DNA of 64,000 nucleotides from Chlorokybus atmophyticus (Eukaryota > Plantae > Mesostigma and Chlorokybus algae). Shown piece by piece: positions 23,800 to 37,400 of the stretch. How positions within the stretch are numbered: position 1 is the stretch's first letter; each line of letters opens with the position of its first letter. Position numbers and translations under genes: made by a program. A model generated the notes under the pieces. That model was not told the DNA's origin, searched no databases, and saw only the letters and a list, made by a program, of their open reading frames with translations. The DNA lies in contig RHPI01002823.1 in the NCBI GenBank assembly GCA_009103225.1, positions 845,797 through 909,796 on the forward strand, given 5' to 3'.

Positions 23800-26260
23800 C
23801 GCGCCTCTGTCTGCTCGCAACGGACGGTGTAGCTCGCCTCCCGCATGATGCCCGCAACAGCGTCGCGCACAGCATCGTGTGTCACAATGCGATGGCCAGG
23901 GCGCAAACAAGATGTTATATGCTCGTCTCGGGCACTGATGAGCTGATAACCACATGACAAAGCTGCACGTGTGCCAGGAGTGGGTGTGGCCAACCAAGCA
24001 GGTGACGCATGGCTGTGCGGAACTCAAGTGGTGATCCGGGCGTGCAGAAACCGCGGTCTACCAAGCACCTGCGCCTCCTCCCGAAGCCGGCTGCAAGCGA
24101 GCAGTGTCCGCGACAGAGATCAATGCCAACTTTGTCTGTAGCTCAGCACGAGCGGTGGTGTCCATGGCTGTGGTGAGGTCCTGCTGCAGACGCAGGATCT
24201 GTAAGGTTGTGACAGCACCCAAGGTCTCTGGCGCAAAGTGTGGTGTCAGCTGAGCAGCCGCATCATGCAATGCTCGCTGGAAGGGGAGAGTGGTAGGAGG
24301 GCTCGAAGCAGTGACGATGGCAACAGTAAGGTCAGAATCGAGCGTGTACCCTACTGATGCAAAGCATCAAATGAGCTTAGACGCCGCCATCGCCCAACTG
24401 CTAACGAATGCTGCAGGCGCCATCTGGGCCGTAGCGCGCAGGCCAACGCCGCCCACATCAACAGGCAATGCTAGCTGCTGACGTACACGCGAGCTGAGCG
24501 CCTCTGGAACGTCCGCCAAATACATGACGTGGGCAAAGCTTTCTAGCAGAGCCTTGTCAAATGCTGACAGCTGCTCGCGAAAAGCTGCTGAAGGGGCCAC
24601 GGTCCTTATGAGGTAGGCAGGACGAGCAGCAATGCAGCGTGTCAGCAGCAAAGTGGCAATCTGCGGATCGCGCATGTGCCGTAGTACGCGCAACGCCGCC
24701 ATTGCCTGGTCCAAGTAACCAATGCGGGCAGCAGCAACGGTGGCATGCGAGCTTAAAGGCACCCCCAGCACAGTGAAGTCATTGACACTCGTGCGCACCT
24801 CCATTTAAAAGACGTCAGGAACCTCTAAACAGCTGAAAGCGCACGACTTGTCCCGGTGCACATGCGGGCCCGCTGGCTTCAGAGCTCGCACTTGCTCTGC
24901 TGCGGCCGCTACGTCCTCAGCCGGGCCAATGAAGATTGTGTCATCGGCGTACATGGAAGACAACACGGTGGTGTAGTGGGCAATATCATCACTAACTACG
25001 CGGGTATGCACGAGCGCGTACAGTAAACCGCTAGAGGATCGCCGCTGGGTGCCTGTTGAGGAAAAAATGCGCTTAATGCGGTCGTCTCCGCTGTACATCA
25101 GCAGCGAGGGAAAGCTGCAGAAGCATCGCACGAAGGGAATGAGAGGGGTGAAAGGGCCAGCCCACAACTCCTTGAACATGGCTGCGCGGTCGACAGAGTT
25201 GAAGGCGTTGGCGATGTCCAACTGTAGCACCACATGCTCAAGGTGGGTGTCCAACACCGCGCGTATGCCATGCGCCACTATCCCAGCACCACCGCGGGTG
25301 GCAACTCCTTACTGCCATGGCTTAAAGTGTGTCGCAGCAGTGTCGCGCACTGACGACGAGAGTGTTCGTGCTGTCAGGCGTTGCAAGATGTCCCCCATTG
25401 CGATCAGACGCACGCCACCTGTAGGCTTCTCCAGCGCGATTAAGGTGCAGACCGACAAAGCAGTTGCCACACGGCNNNNNNNNNNNNNNNNNNNNNNNNN
25501 NNNNNNNNNNNNNNNNNNNNNNNNNNNNNNNNNNNNNNNNNNNNNNNNNNNNNNNNNNNNNNNNNNNNNNCCCCTCCCCAGCTAGCACGGTGCATATACG
25601 ATGCAGGGACAATATCGCCAAAGTATGGCCATTGCCGCCAACTGGGAATAACTGGCGCAGATGATCATACGACCAACCATTAGGGCCCCCTGCGCTCCGC
25701 CGCTACGATGTGTGGCCAGGGACGTGCGGAATGTGGTCACATTAAACTCCAGCTGCGCCTCCGGTGTAAAGTTTGCCACCCACTCAGGTGTCATGAAAGA
25801 TGGCAGGGGATGCAAACGACGCAGCTCCGAGCATATCGCTGCGGATAGTGGTGCTGGTGCTGCCGGCGTCAAAGCTGCACACGCGCGCCGCAACTTGCCA
25901 ACCTGCCCCAAATGCTCAGCTCGTCGTAGCGGCCGCCGTCGGGTCGTCCGCAATTGCAGGTGGCTGCCGCAATGCACGCCTCCTTGCACACAAGTCCTTG
26001 CGCTCTCGCAACAACTGCTCCCACTCCCTAAGCAAGAAACGCAAACGCTGCTGCAGCAACCGGACTGCCTGCCCGTGGGCGCCAGCATAACGCAAAAGAG
26101 ACAGCAGCCTCGGCAGCAACAGCTATAAGAACCAGCTAGCAATGTCATCGCCATCCACACCAATACGCGAGAAGCATAGAGCAATAGCATGGGAGAAGTT
26201 TGCTCTAACTGCATAAGGGATGACTCATGTCCTTCGGAAGGACACGAAGTCTTGGCCATC
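23800..26260 (-). mobile_element. Decayed CRE-clade (RLE-type) non-LTR retrotransposon fragment: RT plus zinc-knuckle region; contains gap N 25476-25570
   Basis: Minus-strand frames: LIALEKPTGGVRLIAMGDILQRL; FKPWQ*GVATRGG..IVAHGIRAVLD; VLQLDIANAFNSVDR; MYADDT; LGVPL; LLTRCIAARPAYLIRT; LALPVDVGGVGL; GAGAW; HITSCL..GHRIVTHDAVRD. In-frame stops and frameshifts. The PD-(D/E)xK nuclease core was not found. Boundaries approximate. Confidence 0.88.
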
Positions 26261-28433
26261 TGATTCGAGTTCGGATGGCATGTCTAGGCTCAAGATCCAA
26301 GCCCAAGATAACTCCGGCACACTGGCAGTGAGGGTTGGCAAGCTAAGATAGAAACCTTTCTTAGCAGGCTGTGGCGTGCAGATAATTCTCTCACCTAAAT
26401 GCTAAATTAACAAGTTTAATGGGCAAAAATAATGCACACGTCATGACATGCGGCAATGATTAACGTCGGCATCATGTACGCAGGTAATTGAAGTCTAAAC
26501 CAAGTAGGATCTGTATACCTATGACATGAATACGCATAAATACTTGGTTTCGCTAAAGGATCATTCTACGATATGCACAAGTGCCGCACGACGTCACATT
26601 GCGCACGAACTGTTGTTCGTGAAGCGTGTTGCTTCACACCACAATCGATATTTAAAATCACCGAAGATGTTGCAATTGGCTCGTGTTATGAAATTTTGCG
26701 ATGTATACGGGTATGTTTATTGGTACCAACGGATGAATAACAACACATCAATAAAACGGAAGCATGGTGGGTACCATTATATATATTTGCTAAGATATGC
26801 ACATTAAGCATGCATAAAGTGAAGCTTGAATGACACGTTGTTATATCATGTTGTTCGTAGAGTAGACTACAATGTTACATATATTTCATATCGGTAATGT
26901 TGTGCGCGTGACATATAATATAATACAGGGACCATATCAACAGCTGCAGCACAAAAAGCAACCCCTCAACCATTTAAATCACCTTTTCACAACCAGTTAA
27001 AGGGATGGCTGGTTGCTATGTGCAGCTATGTAGTGACAAACAGGGCAAGCATGGCAAACCAAGATGACAGCAGGCAGCGCTCAGCTGTATGATATTAATG
27101 TAATTATTATTTTAAGGATGTCGCTTGTTTGTTGAGTTGACGGCTACAACTCATATGATTTAATGAATGCCTGTCGGATACCAGTTAACCGTCTACTTCG
27201 CGATTGCTTTGTTGATCTCCATGCCAGTGCATGCGATCAAGTGATTGCATGCGTTGTCATGCATTTGCCAGCCCCTTCTCACTATACAGCAGCAATCATC
27301 ACAAAGCAGCTGTATCAATTATTTCATTAAGTATTGTAACCATGTTCCAACACGTGATGTACTGTGCTAGCAACCTGTTACCACGTTCAATATACGTTGG
27401 CTAAACCTGATATGCAATGTGTGAATTTGCTTGTTAACCCAACCGTTGATATTGTTGTGTGGTACTTTGCAAACAGTCGATGACTGCCAGAGCAGTGGCA
27501 AAATGGCAGTCTGCCATAGTTGTTGTCCATGACGTGATCTAGTGTCACGCATGTGACACTAGATCATTGGATGTTGCAGCGTTACTCACGCCAGCGTCAC
27601 AGCTTCACCAACACATGCAGCCGCTTTTTCCGGGCGCTGTCAGAAGGCTCAATCAAACCGACCGGCAGCCAGTCGTCCAGTTTAACAAGAAGACCGGCGC
27701 GGAATCTGCATTTCTCGTTTCGAGTCGAAGAGTGGTGAGCGCCTCTGATTGGCTCCACCAGTCAATGTCCGGACGGTGGGCCTGTGGCCGCCACACGGTA
27801 TAAGAGCCTAAACCAGCCTGAAACAGCTCCCCAGGTTCCCCTTTTTGCGCGGAGTGTCGTTATGTAGCATAAATATCCCCGTTCTTCTCCGGCGTGTAGA
27901 TAATAGCAAACCGCTCTAGAGTTGATAAGTACGAGCGGGTGACCGGCCTGTAGCGGCCGAATGCGCAAAGTCTTTTAGCCACGGGCGGGCAGATCCAGAT
28001 CTGCCGTACCAGTGTAGCCCTTTCGGCCATAAAGAGAGGCAGGCGACCGGTTGTGCCTAAAAGCGCAAGTAGTGGCGGACCTTGCGAACCGGTTGTATAA
28101 CCCTCCGACACCGGACCCTAAGAAAGGCAACCTATTAGGCGGCGAAAGGTTGCGCGCACGATTGAAGTCTTGAACTAAGTCGCGTTGAGGCACAAGTGCG
28201 GAAAAAGTGCAAGGAGCGACTCGAAAAGGACTTTAGGTGACAAATGTGTTGGTAGGCTGCACGCAAAGCGGCGGCGGCGGTGTGGCTCTTAGTGGCGGCG
28301 GCAGCTGTGAGGTGGGCGCCGGCAGCGGTGAGGAGGCGCCGGAGGTCGGTGGAGCACCAACGTGTTGCGGTTATCGCCAGGTGCAGGCGGGGGAAAGCGC
28401 CCGTGACGCCCCGGGGCCGCCGCTGCCTGGAGA

Positions 28434-31400
28434 ATGGCTGCAGCGGCGGCGGCGGTAGCTGTGTTGCCAGCTGTGCGGTCAGCAGGGCAAGCAGAATGTC
28501 AGCAAGCTGGTGCTTCGGCTGGAAGGCGGCCTCAGCTTAGGTCGGTTGCGCCTCAGGGTTTGCGTTGCGGGTTTGGGGTGTCGTCGCTGAAGCAGCAGAA
28601 ATGGGGTGTTGGCGCCTCCGCCCTCAGGCGGCAACGAGGCATGCTGCCGCAGTGGAACGGCCCTTCCAGATGTCCACCTGTATGCATGAGCCACTCAGCC
28701 ATCCCCAAGGCTGCCGGCCTGTTCAACCCCGAGGAGGACAAGGACGCTTGCGGCGTTGGCTTCATCGCCGACCTGGACAAAAAGGTACTTCTGCACAGTG
28801 CTTGCAAGCAGCTGCGCTTTGCTACCAGCTGCTACCTTCAAATTAGCGTCATGCGTCAGTTGAGCTCGCTCCACCAAGACATAGTTTGGCTAATTTGCTG
28901 CTTTCTGCTGCGCAGTACACTCGAGCCACGGTGCAGGATGCTTTGAACATGCTCATCCGCATGGTAGGTCGTGTTGGTGCCACATTGGACGTGTTGTAAG
29001 CTTCGTTGCGTGCTGCTCTGACATGCATGCAGGGAATAACGATGATCACTTGATTGTCAGGCACATCGAGGGGCTTGTGGCTGCGAAAAAGAAACGGGTG
29101 ATGGTGCTGGCATCCTGGCAGCTATCCCCTACGAGTTCTTTGCGGATGTCATCGAGAAAGAGCAGGGCATCACGCTGCCAGCGGTATGTTGGCAATTGCC
29201 ATCTGCACAATTGTCAAAACAGGTTGCCGATTGCGGCTGTGCGGCCACTTGTGTGCATGCTGTGCTGCAGTGCCTGTCCAGAGCACTTTGCTTTTTTTTA
29301 ATCAGAACTATACAAAAGCGTTAGCCTACCACTCTGCTTTTGCTCCGCATTGTTGAACTCACTGCTTGCATGCAGGATGGGCGCTACGGGTTGGGTATGG
29401 TGTTCCTGCCAAAGGATGAGGCTAAGCGGGAGCAGTGCCGGAACGACTTCAATAAAACTGCCGAGCAACTGGGACACCGCGTGATCTGCTGGCGCACAGT
29501 TCCTGTTGACAAGACAGGCATTGGAAAGTCCGCTCTTGGTGAGTGAAAGCCTGCATGCGGTGTTGAGCCAGTACTTGCCTGAAGGATAACGGGTCATGCA
29601 TGGCTTCCTATTCCTATTCCTATCTATTGTTACCATGACTAAGGGTTTGACCCTTGACGTGATTGCAGCTGTTGAGCCGGTAGTTGAGCAAGTGTTTGTC
29701 ACAATGCGAAGCAAGGAGGACTCCGGCATGACGTCAAACCAGCAGATGTATCTGCTTCGCAAGCTGGCAAAGCGCGCGGCAAAGCAGTCTAGGGGGCTCG
29801 CAGGTGACGCCTATTTGGACGACTTCTACATCTGCTCGCTGTCCAACCGGACAGTTGTTTACAAGGGGCAGCTGACACCTGCACAAGTTAGCACATACTA
29901 CTTGGATTTGCAGAACGAGCAGTTTACATCATATATGGCTCTTGTGCATTCCCGCTTCAGCACAAACACATTCCCATCATGGGACCGTGCTCAGCCACTG
30001 CGGTTTCTCGGGCACAATGGCGAGATCAACACGCTCAAAGGTAATGGGCACTTTCAGCTAGGCAATGGGTATGGAGCCATGTTGCATGGATACAAGGCTG
30101 CCTGTGTGTCACTATTCACCCAAAGTTGATCGGGTGTGCAGGCAATAAAAATTGGATGCGCGCTCGCGAGGGGCTGCTCAAGCTGGACTTTCTGCCGCGA
30201 GGAGCGGAAGAAGCGTTCCTGCCAGTGATTGAGAGTGGCATGTCGGACTCCGGTGCCTTTGATGCCGTCCTGGAACTTCTTGTCAACTGCGGTCGCAGCA
30301 TCCCGGAGGCCATGATGATGATGATCCCAGAGGCGTGGCAGAATGACTCGCTCATGGCTCAGGAGCGCAGAGACTTCTACCAGTTTCACAGTGCTCTGCA
30401 GGAGCCCTGGGACGGCCCGGCTTTGGTCTCTTTCACCGATGGCCGCTTCCTTGGAGCAACCCTGGACCGCAACGGTCTACGGCCAGGTAGATTCTACATC
30501 ACCAAGGACCGTAAGGTGGTCATGGCCTCAGAGGTTGGAGTGGTGGACATCCGGCCAGAGGATGTCGCGCGGAAGGGTCGGTTGCAGCCCGGCAACATTT
30601 TCCTTGTGGACTTTGACGAGGGCCGAGTTGTTACAGATCAGGAGCTGAAGCATCGCATTTGCACAACGAGGCCTTATGGTGACTGGATCAGCAGACAAGT
30701 TGTTGATTTGGACTCCCTGTCTGTTCCCTCACCGCCCTCTCCACCTGCGCTTGGCAGTCCTGACGTGGACACGGATTTAGGGTTGTCGGGGATTCTTCCA
30801 CAGCTCCGTGCCTATGGTTACACTGTTGAGTCGCTTGACATGCTGCTGACCCCAATCGTCAATACGGGTACTACCTCCGCAGTGAGTCCATACATACTTT
30901 GATGAGGCGTGTGGTGTGTGTGTCGTGTGCTTTGACACAATGCTTTTCCGCGTAGGATCTGAGCCCCTTGGGTCCATGGGCAACGATACGCCCTTGGCAT
31001 GTCTGTCTGACAGGCCCAAGCTGCTGTATGAATACTTTAAGCAGCTCTTTGCACAGGTACTGCAACTATTGAGTCGCGCGTGTGCACATGAGTATTCTTG
31101 TGAGTGCGCTTTTGTGCAGCTGCAGCATGACACCGCACTGCATCAGCAGCTCACACTTCTCTTGGACATTTAGGTCACCAATCCGCCTATTGACCCCATC
31201 CGAGAGAAGCTTGTCACATCAACAGAGTGTCTTATTGGCCCTGAGGGGGACTTGACGACAACCACTGAAGAGCAGGCGCACAGATTGCGCCTCAAGCGAC
31301 CATTAATTGACACAATGCAGTTGGAAGTGTTGAAGAACACAGATGATGAGGACTTCAGGACGAAGGTCATCGATGCAACATTTGCGCGCAGTGACGGCCC

Positions 31401-34400
31401 TGATGGGCTTGAGGCTGCTTTGAACCGCATTTGCTCTGAGGCCAGCGAGGCCATTGAGGAAGGGTACAAGATGCTCGTGCTGTCCGACCGCGCGATGTCC
31501 GCAGAGCGGGTTGCTGTGAGCCCGTTGCTGGCCGGGCCAGCGGTGCACCATCACCTCGTCCAGAACCTGACACGTGCGCGCGTGGGGCTTGTGGTGGAAA
31601 CAGGAGAAGCTCGCGAAGTGCATCACTTCTGCTGCCTTGTTGGCTTTGGTGTTGATGCCATCTGCCCGTATGTGGCATTGGAAACTATCTTCCGCCTGCA
31701 GGTGTGATGGGTGCAGATGCCATGATGTTGCTCGGTAGTGACGCACTTATTGCGCAAGCAACACATGTGTCCTAATGTGCAACCTACTGTTACTCAGATT
31801 GAAGGCAAGATCAAGCCCAAGAAGGACGGCGAATTGCACACACGCCCAGAATTGACGAACATCTTCATTGATGCGGTCAATGATGGCATGCTGAAGGTAC
31901 GTCAGCTGCTTTGGCAATCGAGGTGAATAGTATTGACACGCTGTGTTATTCAGGTGATGGCCAAGATGGGTATCTCCACCTTGCAGTCATATAAGGGAGC
32001 ACAGATCTTTGAAGCACTTGGTCTTGGAGAGTCCGTTGTCAGCATGTGCTTCAGGGGCACTCCTAGCCGTGTTGGTGGTGTAGGGTTCCATCAGGTCAGG
32101 GTTCCTGTCTGCGAGTCATATACAGTGTGTGGCGAAGCATTGCATTGTATCAGTTTTGTAAATTATTGTCCCTCTGTCACAGCTGGGCAAGGATGCCTTG
32201 AGACTGCATGAGGATGGCTTCCCGTCACGCAAGATGCCAGAGGGCAGTGCGGATGCGAAAGCCCTTCCCAATCCCGGTGACTACCACTGGCGTGGTGGCG
32301 CTAATGCTGAGCTGCATCTGAACGACCCTGCTGGCATGGCGGCTCTGCAGGAGGCTGCCCGCACAAACAGCGCCTACGCATACAAGCGCTATGCTGAGAT
32401 TGTCAACAACATGAACAAGCGCTGCAACCTGCGCGGCATGCTGAGGTTTAAGGAGGGCACACCCATTCCTATCGACGAGGTTGAGCCCGCTCAGAATATT
32501 GTTCGCCGCTTCTGCACAGGCGCCATGAGCTATGGAAGCATTTCACTGGAAGCACATCAGGTCAGTTGCATGGTTCATCGGCTTTGGTTTCTGTGTGATT
32601 TCCCCAAGTCTAGTCGTTGGCAGATACAATTCTGCATGCCTCTTTGGTCAACTGTGATGACAATCGTGCTGTACCAGACTCTTGCGGTCGCTATGAATGC
32701 TCTTGGTGGGAAGAGCAACACTGGTGAGGGAGGTGAGAACCCCAGGCGTATCGAGCCTCTGCCTGACGGTAGCATGAACCCACTGCGCAGCTCCATCAAG
32801 CAAGTCGCCTCTGGCCGCTTTGGTGTGACAGCCTACTACCTGACCAATGCGGATGAGATCCAGATCAAGATGGCACAGGGTGCCAAGCCAGGAGAAGGTG
32901 GTGAACTCCCGGGACACAAGGTCATTGGTGACATCGCTGTGACCCGCTCCTCAACTGAGGGTGTGGGTCTCATCTCCCCACCTCCTCATCACGACATCTA
33001 CTCCATTGAGGATTTGGCCCAGCTCATCTACGACCTCAAGAATGCCAACCCTGGGGCACGCGTCTCCGTAAAGCTGGTGTCTGAGAATGGTGTCGGCGTT
33101 GTGGCGGCTGGTGTGGTCAAGGGACACGCTGACCATGTAAGTGTTGCAAGTTACACTGTTGACTATGGGGCTGTTCCACTGGTTTTGTTGCAGTTGGACC
33201 ACATGATGCTGTGCGTGTGTGTAAGCTGAGGTTGTACTCTAACAAGGTTGGCTTTACCATTCAGGTCCTCATCTCTGGCCATGATGGTGGTACTGGTGCG
33301 TCTCGTTGGACTGGTATCAAGGCCGCGGGCTTGCCGTGGGAGCTGGGTCTTGCTGAGACCCATCAGACGCTGGTAGCCAACGACCTACGAGGCCGCACGA
33401 CACTGCAGACTGACGGCCAGATGAAGACTGGACGGGATGTCGCCATTGCTGCTCTGCTAGGTGCTGAGGAGTTTGGCTTCTCCACTGCTCCTCTTATCAC
33501 CCTCGGATGCATCATGATGCGCAAGTGCCACACCAACACGTGCCCAGTTGGCATTGCAACTCAGGTAGGCGTTGTTAATGCGCGCGACAATTGTGTGAGT
33601 GAGAAGAGCATTCAAGAGCTTACTGCTATCATGTTGGTTACAGGATCCCATCCTTCGCGCAAAGTTTACAGGTCAGCCAGAACATGTCATCAACTTCTTC
33701 TTCATGCTGGCGGAAGAAGTCCGCGAATACATGGCACAGATGGGGTTCAAAACCATGCAAGAGATGGTAAGTGTTGTGAATTGCAGCTGTTAGAAGTGGC
33801 GGTCAAGGTGACACGTATCTGACACACACTGATCTGCACAGGTGGGAAGAGCGGACATGCTGGAGCCAGACCCGGAAGTGATGTCCAATGAGAAGTTGAA
33901 GGATCTGGACCTGAGCAGGATTTTGCTGCCTGCGGCCACTTTGCGTCCTGATGCTGCGCAGTATTGCATAGCCCAGCAAGATCATGAACTGGAGCTTGCA
34001 CTCGACCAGGAGCTGATCAGGCAGGCAAAGCCCGCTCTACAGAAGCCGGCCATCCCGGCTTACTTTGAGCTCCCCATTGTCAATGTGAATCGTGCTGTGG
34101 GCACAATGTTGTCGCATCGCATCACACAGGTGCGCCAATGTTGTATGTAGTTTATCTTGCCTATGGCACAGATTTTATGTAGCAGCCGTCAGGGCATGAA
34201 GCGACAATGACACCACAACTTCCTCACTTGCTGTGTAGGTGCATGGTCGCCCAGGCTTGCCACCAGCCACAGTGCATTGCAAGTTTACTGGCCATGCTGG
34301 GCAGTCGTTTGGAGCCTTCCTTGCCCCTGGCATCTTTCTCGAGCTTGAGGGCGATGCGAACGATTATGTGGGCAAGGTAAGTTGGTGGCAGTAGTAGTCA

Positions 34401-37400
34401 CCTGTGTCAAAGCAGACTTCAGCGAGCACTACTCTATTGTTGCTGAAGTGAGAGATGCTGAAGTCTCTGGCGAATGTTTCAGGGCCTGTCTGGAGGAAAG
34501 GTGGTTGTGTATCCCGACCAGAAGGCTACCTTCAAGGCAGAGGAGAACATTGTGATTGGTAATGTTGCGCTGTATGGTGCCACTTCTGGCGAGGCATACA
34601 TCAGGGGTATTGCCGCGGAGCGCTTTGCCGTCAGGAACTCTGGTGCACAGGCGGTTGTTGAAGGTAAGCTTTCCTGCAGGAGGGCCTGTTGCTGCATTCT
34701 CAGGCATTGATTCTGATCATGTAACTGCACCAGGTGTCGGTGACCATGGCTGCGAGTACATGACTGGTGGTGTGGTGGTTATCCTTGGCAAAACTGGTCG
34801 CAACTTTGCAGCTGGCATGAGCGGCGGTGTTGCCTACGTGCTCAATGAAGCTGGCAGCTTTCCGAACCTTGTTGATCGGCGTTTGGTTGACCTGGAGGAG
34901 ATGACTGACGAGGATTCTGTTCAAGTACGCAGTCTGTCCAGCAACTGTGCACCAGCACACTGCACTCATGCGTTAGTGCTAATTGCTGTTTTTTGTATCT
35001 GCAGGTGAAGTCTCTGATTCAGCGCCACAAGCTGCATACCGCTTCAACTTTGGCTGCCCGGGTGCTCAAAAATTGGGATGAGCTTGCGCCCAAGTTTGTC
35101 AAAGTCATGCCGAGGGACTACAAGAAGGCCCTTCAGCTCATCAAAGCCAATCAATCGTCACAGAGCCCTGAGGAGGTTGAGGAGAAGCGCCTGCAGCAGA
35201 CCGACGCCTTCAAGGAGCTTCAGCGCCTGGTGGCAAACAAGGCGCCGCCCCGTCCAAGCAAGCAGGCTGATGCCGTCAAGGCTCGCGGCTTCATTAAGTA
35301 TGAGCGGGAGTCGCTGCCATACAGGCCTGCAGAGGAGAGGGTCAAGGACTGGGGCGAGGTCCTTGCGCACGCCTCATCTAAGGAGGAGGTTGAAGAGAAG
35401 TCGGCTCTGCTCAAGACCCAGGCCGCACGCTGCATGGACTGTGGGACGCCCTTCTGCCATCAGTCTGGCAGCGGCTGCCCCATCGGCAACAAGATCCCAG
35501 AGTGGAATGACCTAGTGCATCACGGCCGCTGGCGTGAGGCTTACGACCGCCTCATGGAGACCAATAACTTCCCTGAGTTCACTGGCCGCGTGTGTCCCGC
35601 ACCCTGCGAGGGGTCATGTGTCTTGGGCATCATTGAGAACCCCGTCAGCATCAAGACCATCGAGTGCACCATCATCGACCATGCTTTCGAGCAAGGGTGG
35701 GTTGTGCCAAGGCCCCCAACCATGCGCACCGGAATGAAGGTTGCTGTCGTTGGGTCTGGCCCTGCAGGCATGGCTGCTGCGGACCAGCTCAATAAAGCTG
35801 GACACACAGTCACGGTGTATGAGCGGGCTGACCGCATTGGCGGGCTTATGATGTACGGGGTGCCCAACATGAAGACAGACAAGATAGGTGTTGTCCAGCG
35901 TCGTGTTGACATCATGGCTGCTGAGGGCATTAGTTTTGTCACCAATGCTCACATCGGTCAGGAGGGCCACCCAGACATCCACGACTTGTACAGGTGAGCT
36001 TGGTGGTGGCTGTTGTTAACCATGCTTCTTGCGTCGCATATGTACTGATTGTGAACCCACATTGCAGGGACAATGATGCCGTGGTGCTGGCTGTTGGTGC
36101 AACAAAGCCCCGCGATCTGCCTGTGCCTGGCCGAGAGCTGAAGGGGGTGCATTACGCCATGGACTTCCTTACCGCCAATACAAAGAGCCTGCTGGACTCC
36201 CAGCTTCAGGACGGCAACTACATTAGCGCTGCCGGCAAGAAGGTTGTTGTGATCGGCGGCGGCGACACGGGCACCGATTGCATTGGCACGTCCCTTCGTC
36301 ACGGCTGCACGGAGCTTGTCAACCTGGAGCTCATGTCGCAGCCGCCTCCCGCGCGCGCTCCGGGCAACCCGTGGCCGCAGTGGCCGCGCGTCTTCCGCAC
36401 CGACTACGGCCACCAGGAAGCCATTGCCACTGTCGGCAAGGGTGAGGACCCGCGCAAGTTCGAGGTGCTCACCAAGGAGTTCATCGGTGACGAGCAGGGC
36501 AATGTCAAGGGGATCAAGACTGTGGAGGTGCGCTGGTCCTTCCCAAAGGGCGGACGACCGGTGATGGAAGAGATTGAAGGCTCTGAGCGCATTATTGACG
36601 CCGACCTCGTGCTGTTGGCTATGGGCTTCCTCGGGCCAGAGCAGCGACTGGCCGAGCAGCTGAGTTTGGACACCGATCAGCGCAGCAACTTCAAGGCTGA
36701 CTTCGGCAAGTTCTCCACATCCATCCCTGGTAAAGCTACTTGGTTGCATACATAGCAAGATTGGTTGGCAACAACCCTGCTACTGGTTCGCGCATGCTGC
36801 ATGTGTCACTCAAGCCTAACACTACACTGTTCTCGCCAGGTGTTTTTGCTGCGGGCGACTGCAGGCGAGGCCAGAGCCTGGTCGTGTGGGCTATTGCAGA
36901 AGGCCGCGGAACTGCGCAGAACGTGGATGACTATCTGCTTCAGAAGCTGCAGAAGCGGTTGCAGGAGCAGAACGGCCATGATGGCAACGACCGTGTCTGG
37001 CCTGTGCAGGTGCGCTGCACTTGCGTAGTTCTATTGCTAGCTGTACTTGTTATTGTCGCGTCGTGTTTACCACCTGTGCTTGCTGCGAACAGGAAGCATT
37101 GGCAAATGGCACCAATGGTACACTTGCTGCTACCAACGGTACCACCAATGGTACCACAACAACCGACTCAACAAGTGATGAGGACGCCAAGCGGCCTTAT
37201 CCCGAGGGTAAGCTGTGGCTTACAGTTCATGCTTGTGACTTGGTCACAGCAGTCACCACCTCACTGTACATTAAACGGTGCATGGCATCTGATGGGGTTG
37301 TTGCCTTTGCAGGTGCAGAAAAGGCCAAAGAGGAGGCCTTTGAAGTCTGTCTGGCGGTTGGTGCCGATGAAGACTCTCCTGATGTGGACAGGTGTGTTGA

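Noticed and set aside
35958-36758. 266-aa minus-strand ORF, and similar antisense ORFs over GOGAT, TOP2 and RBR
   Set aside because: Antisense shadows of GC-rich coding exons with no recognisable motifs.
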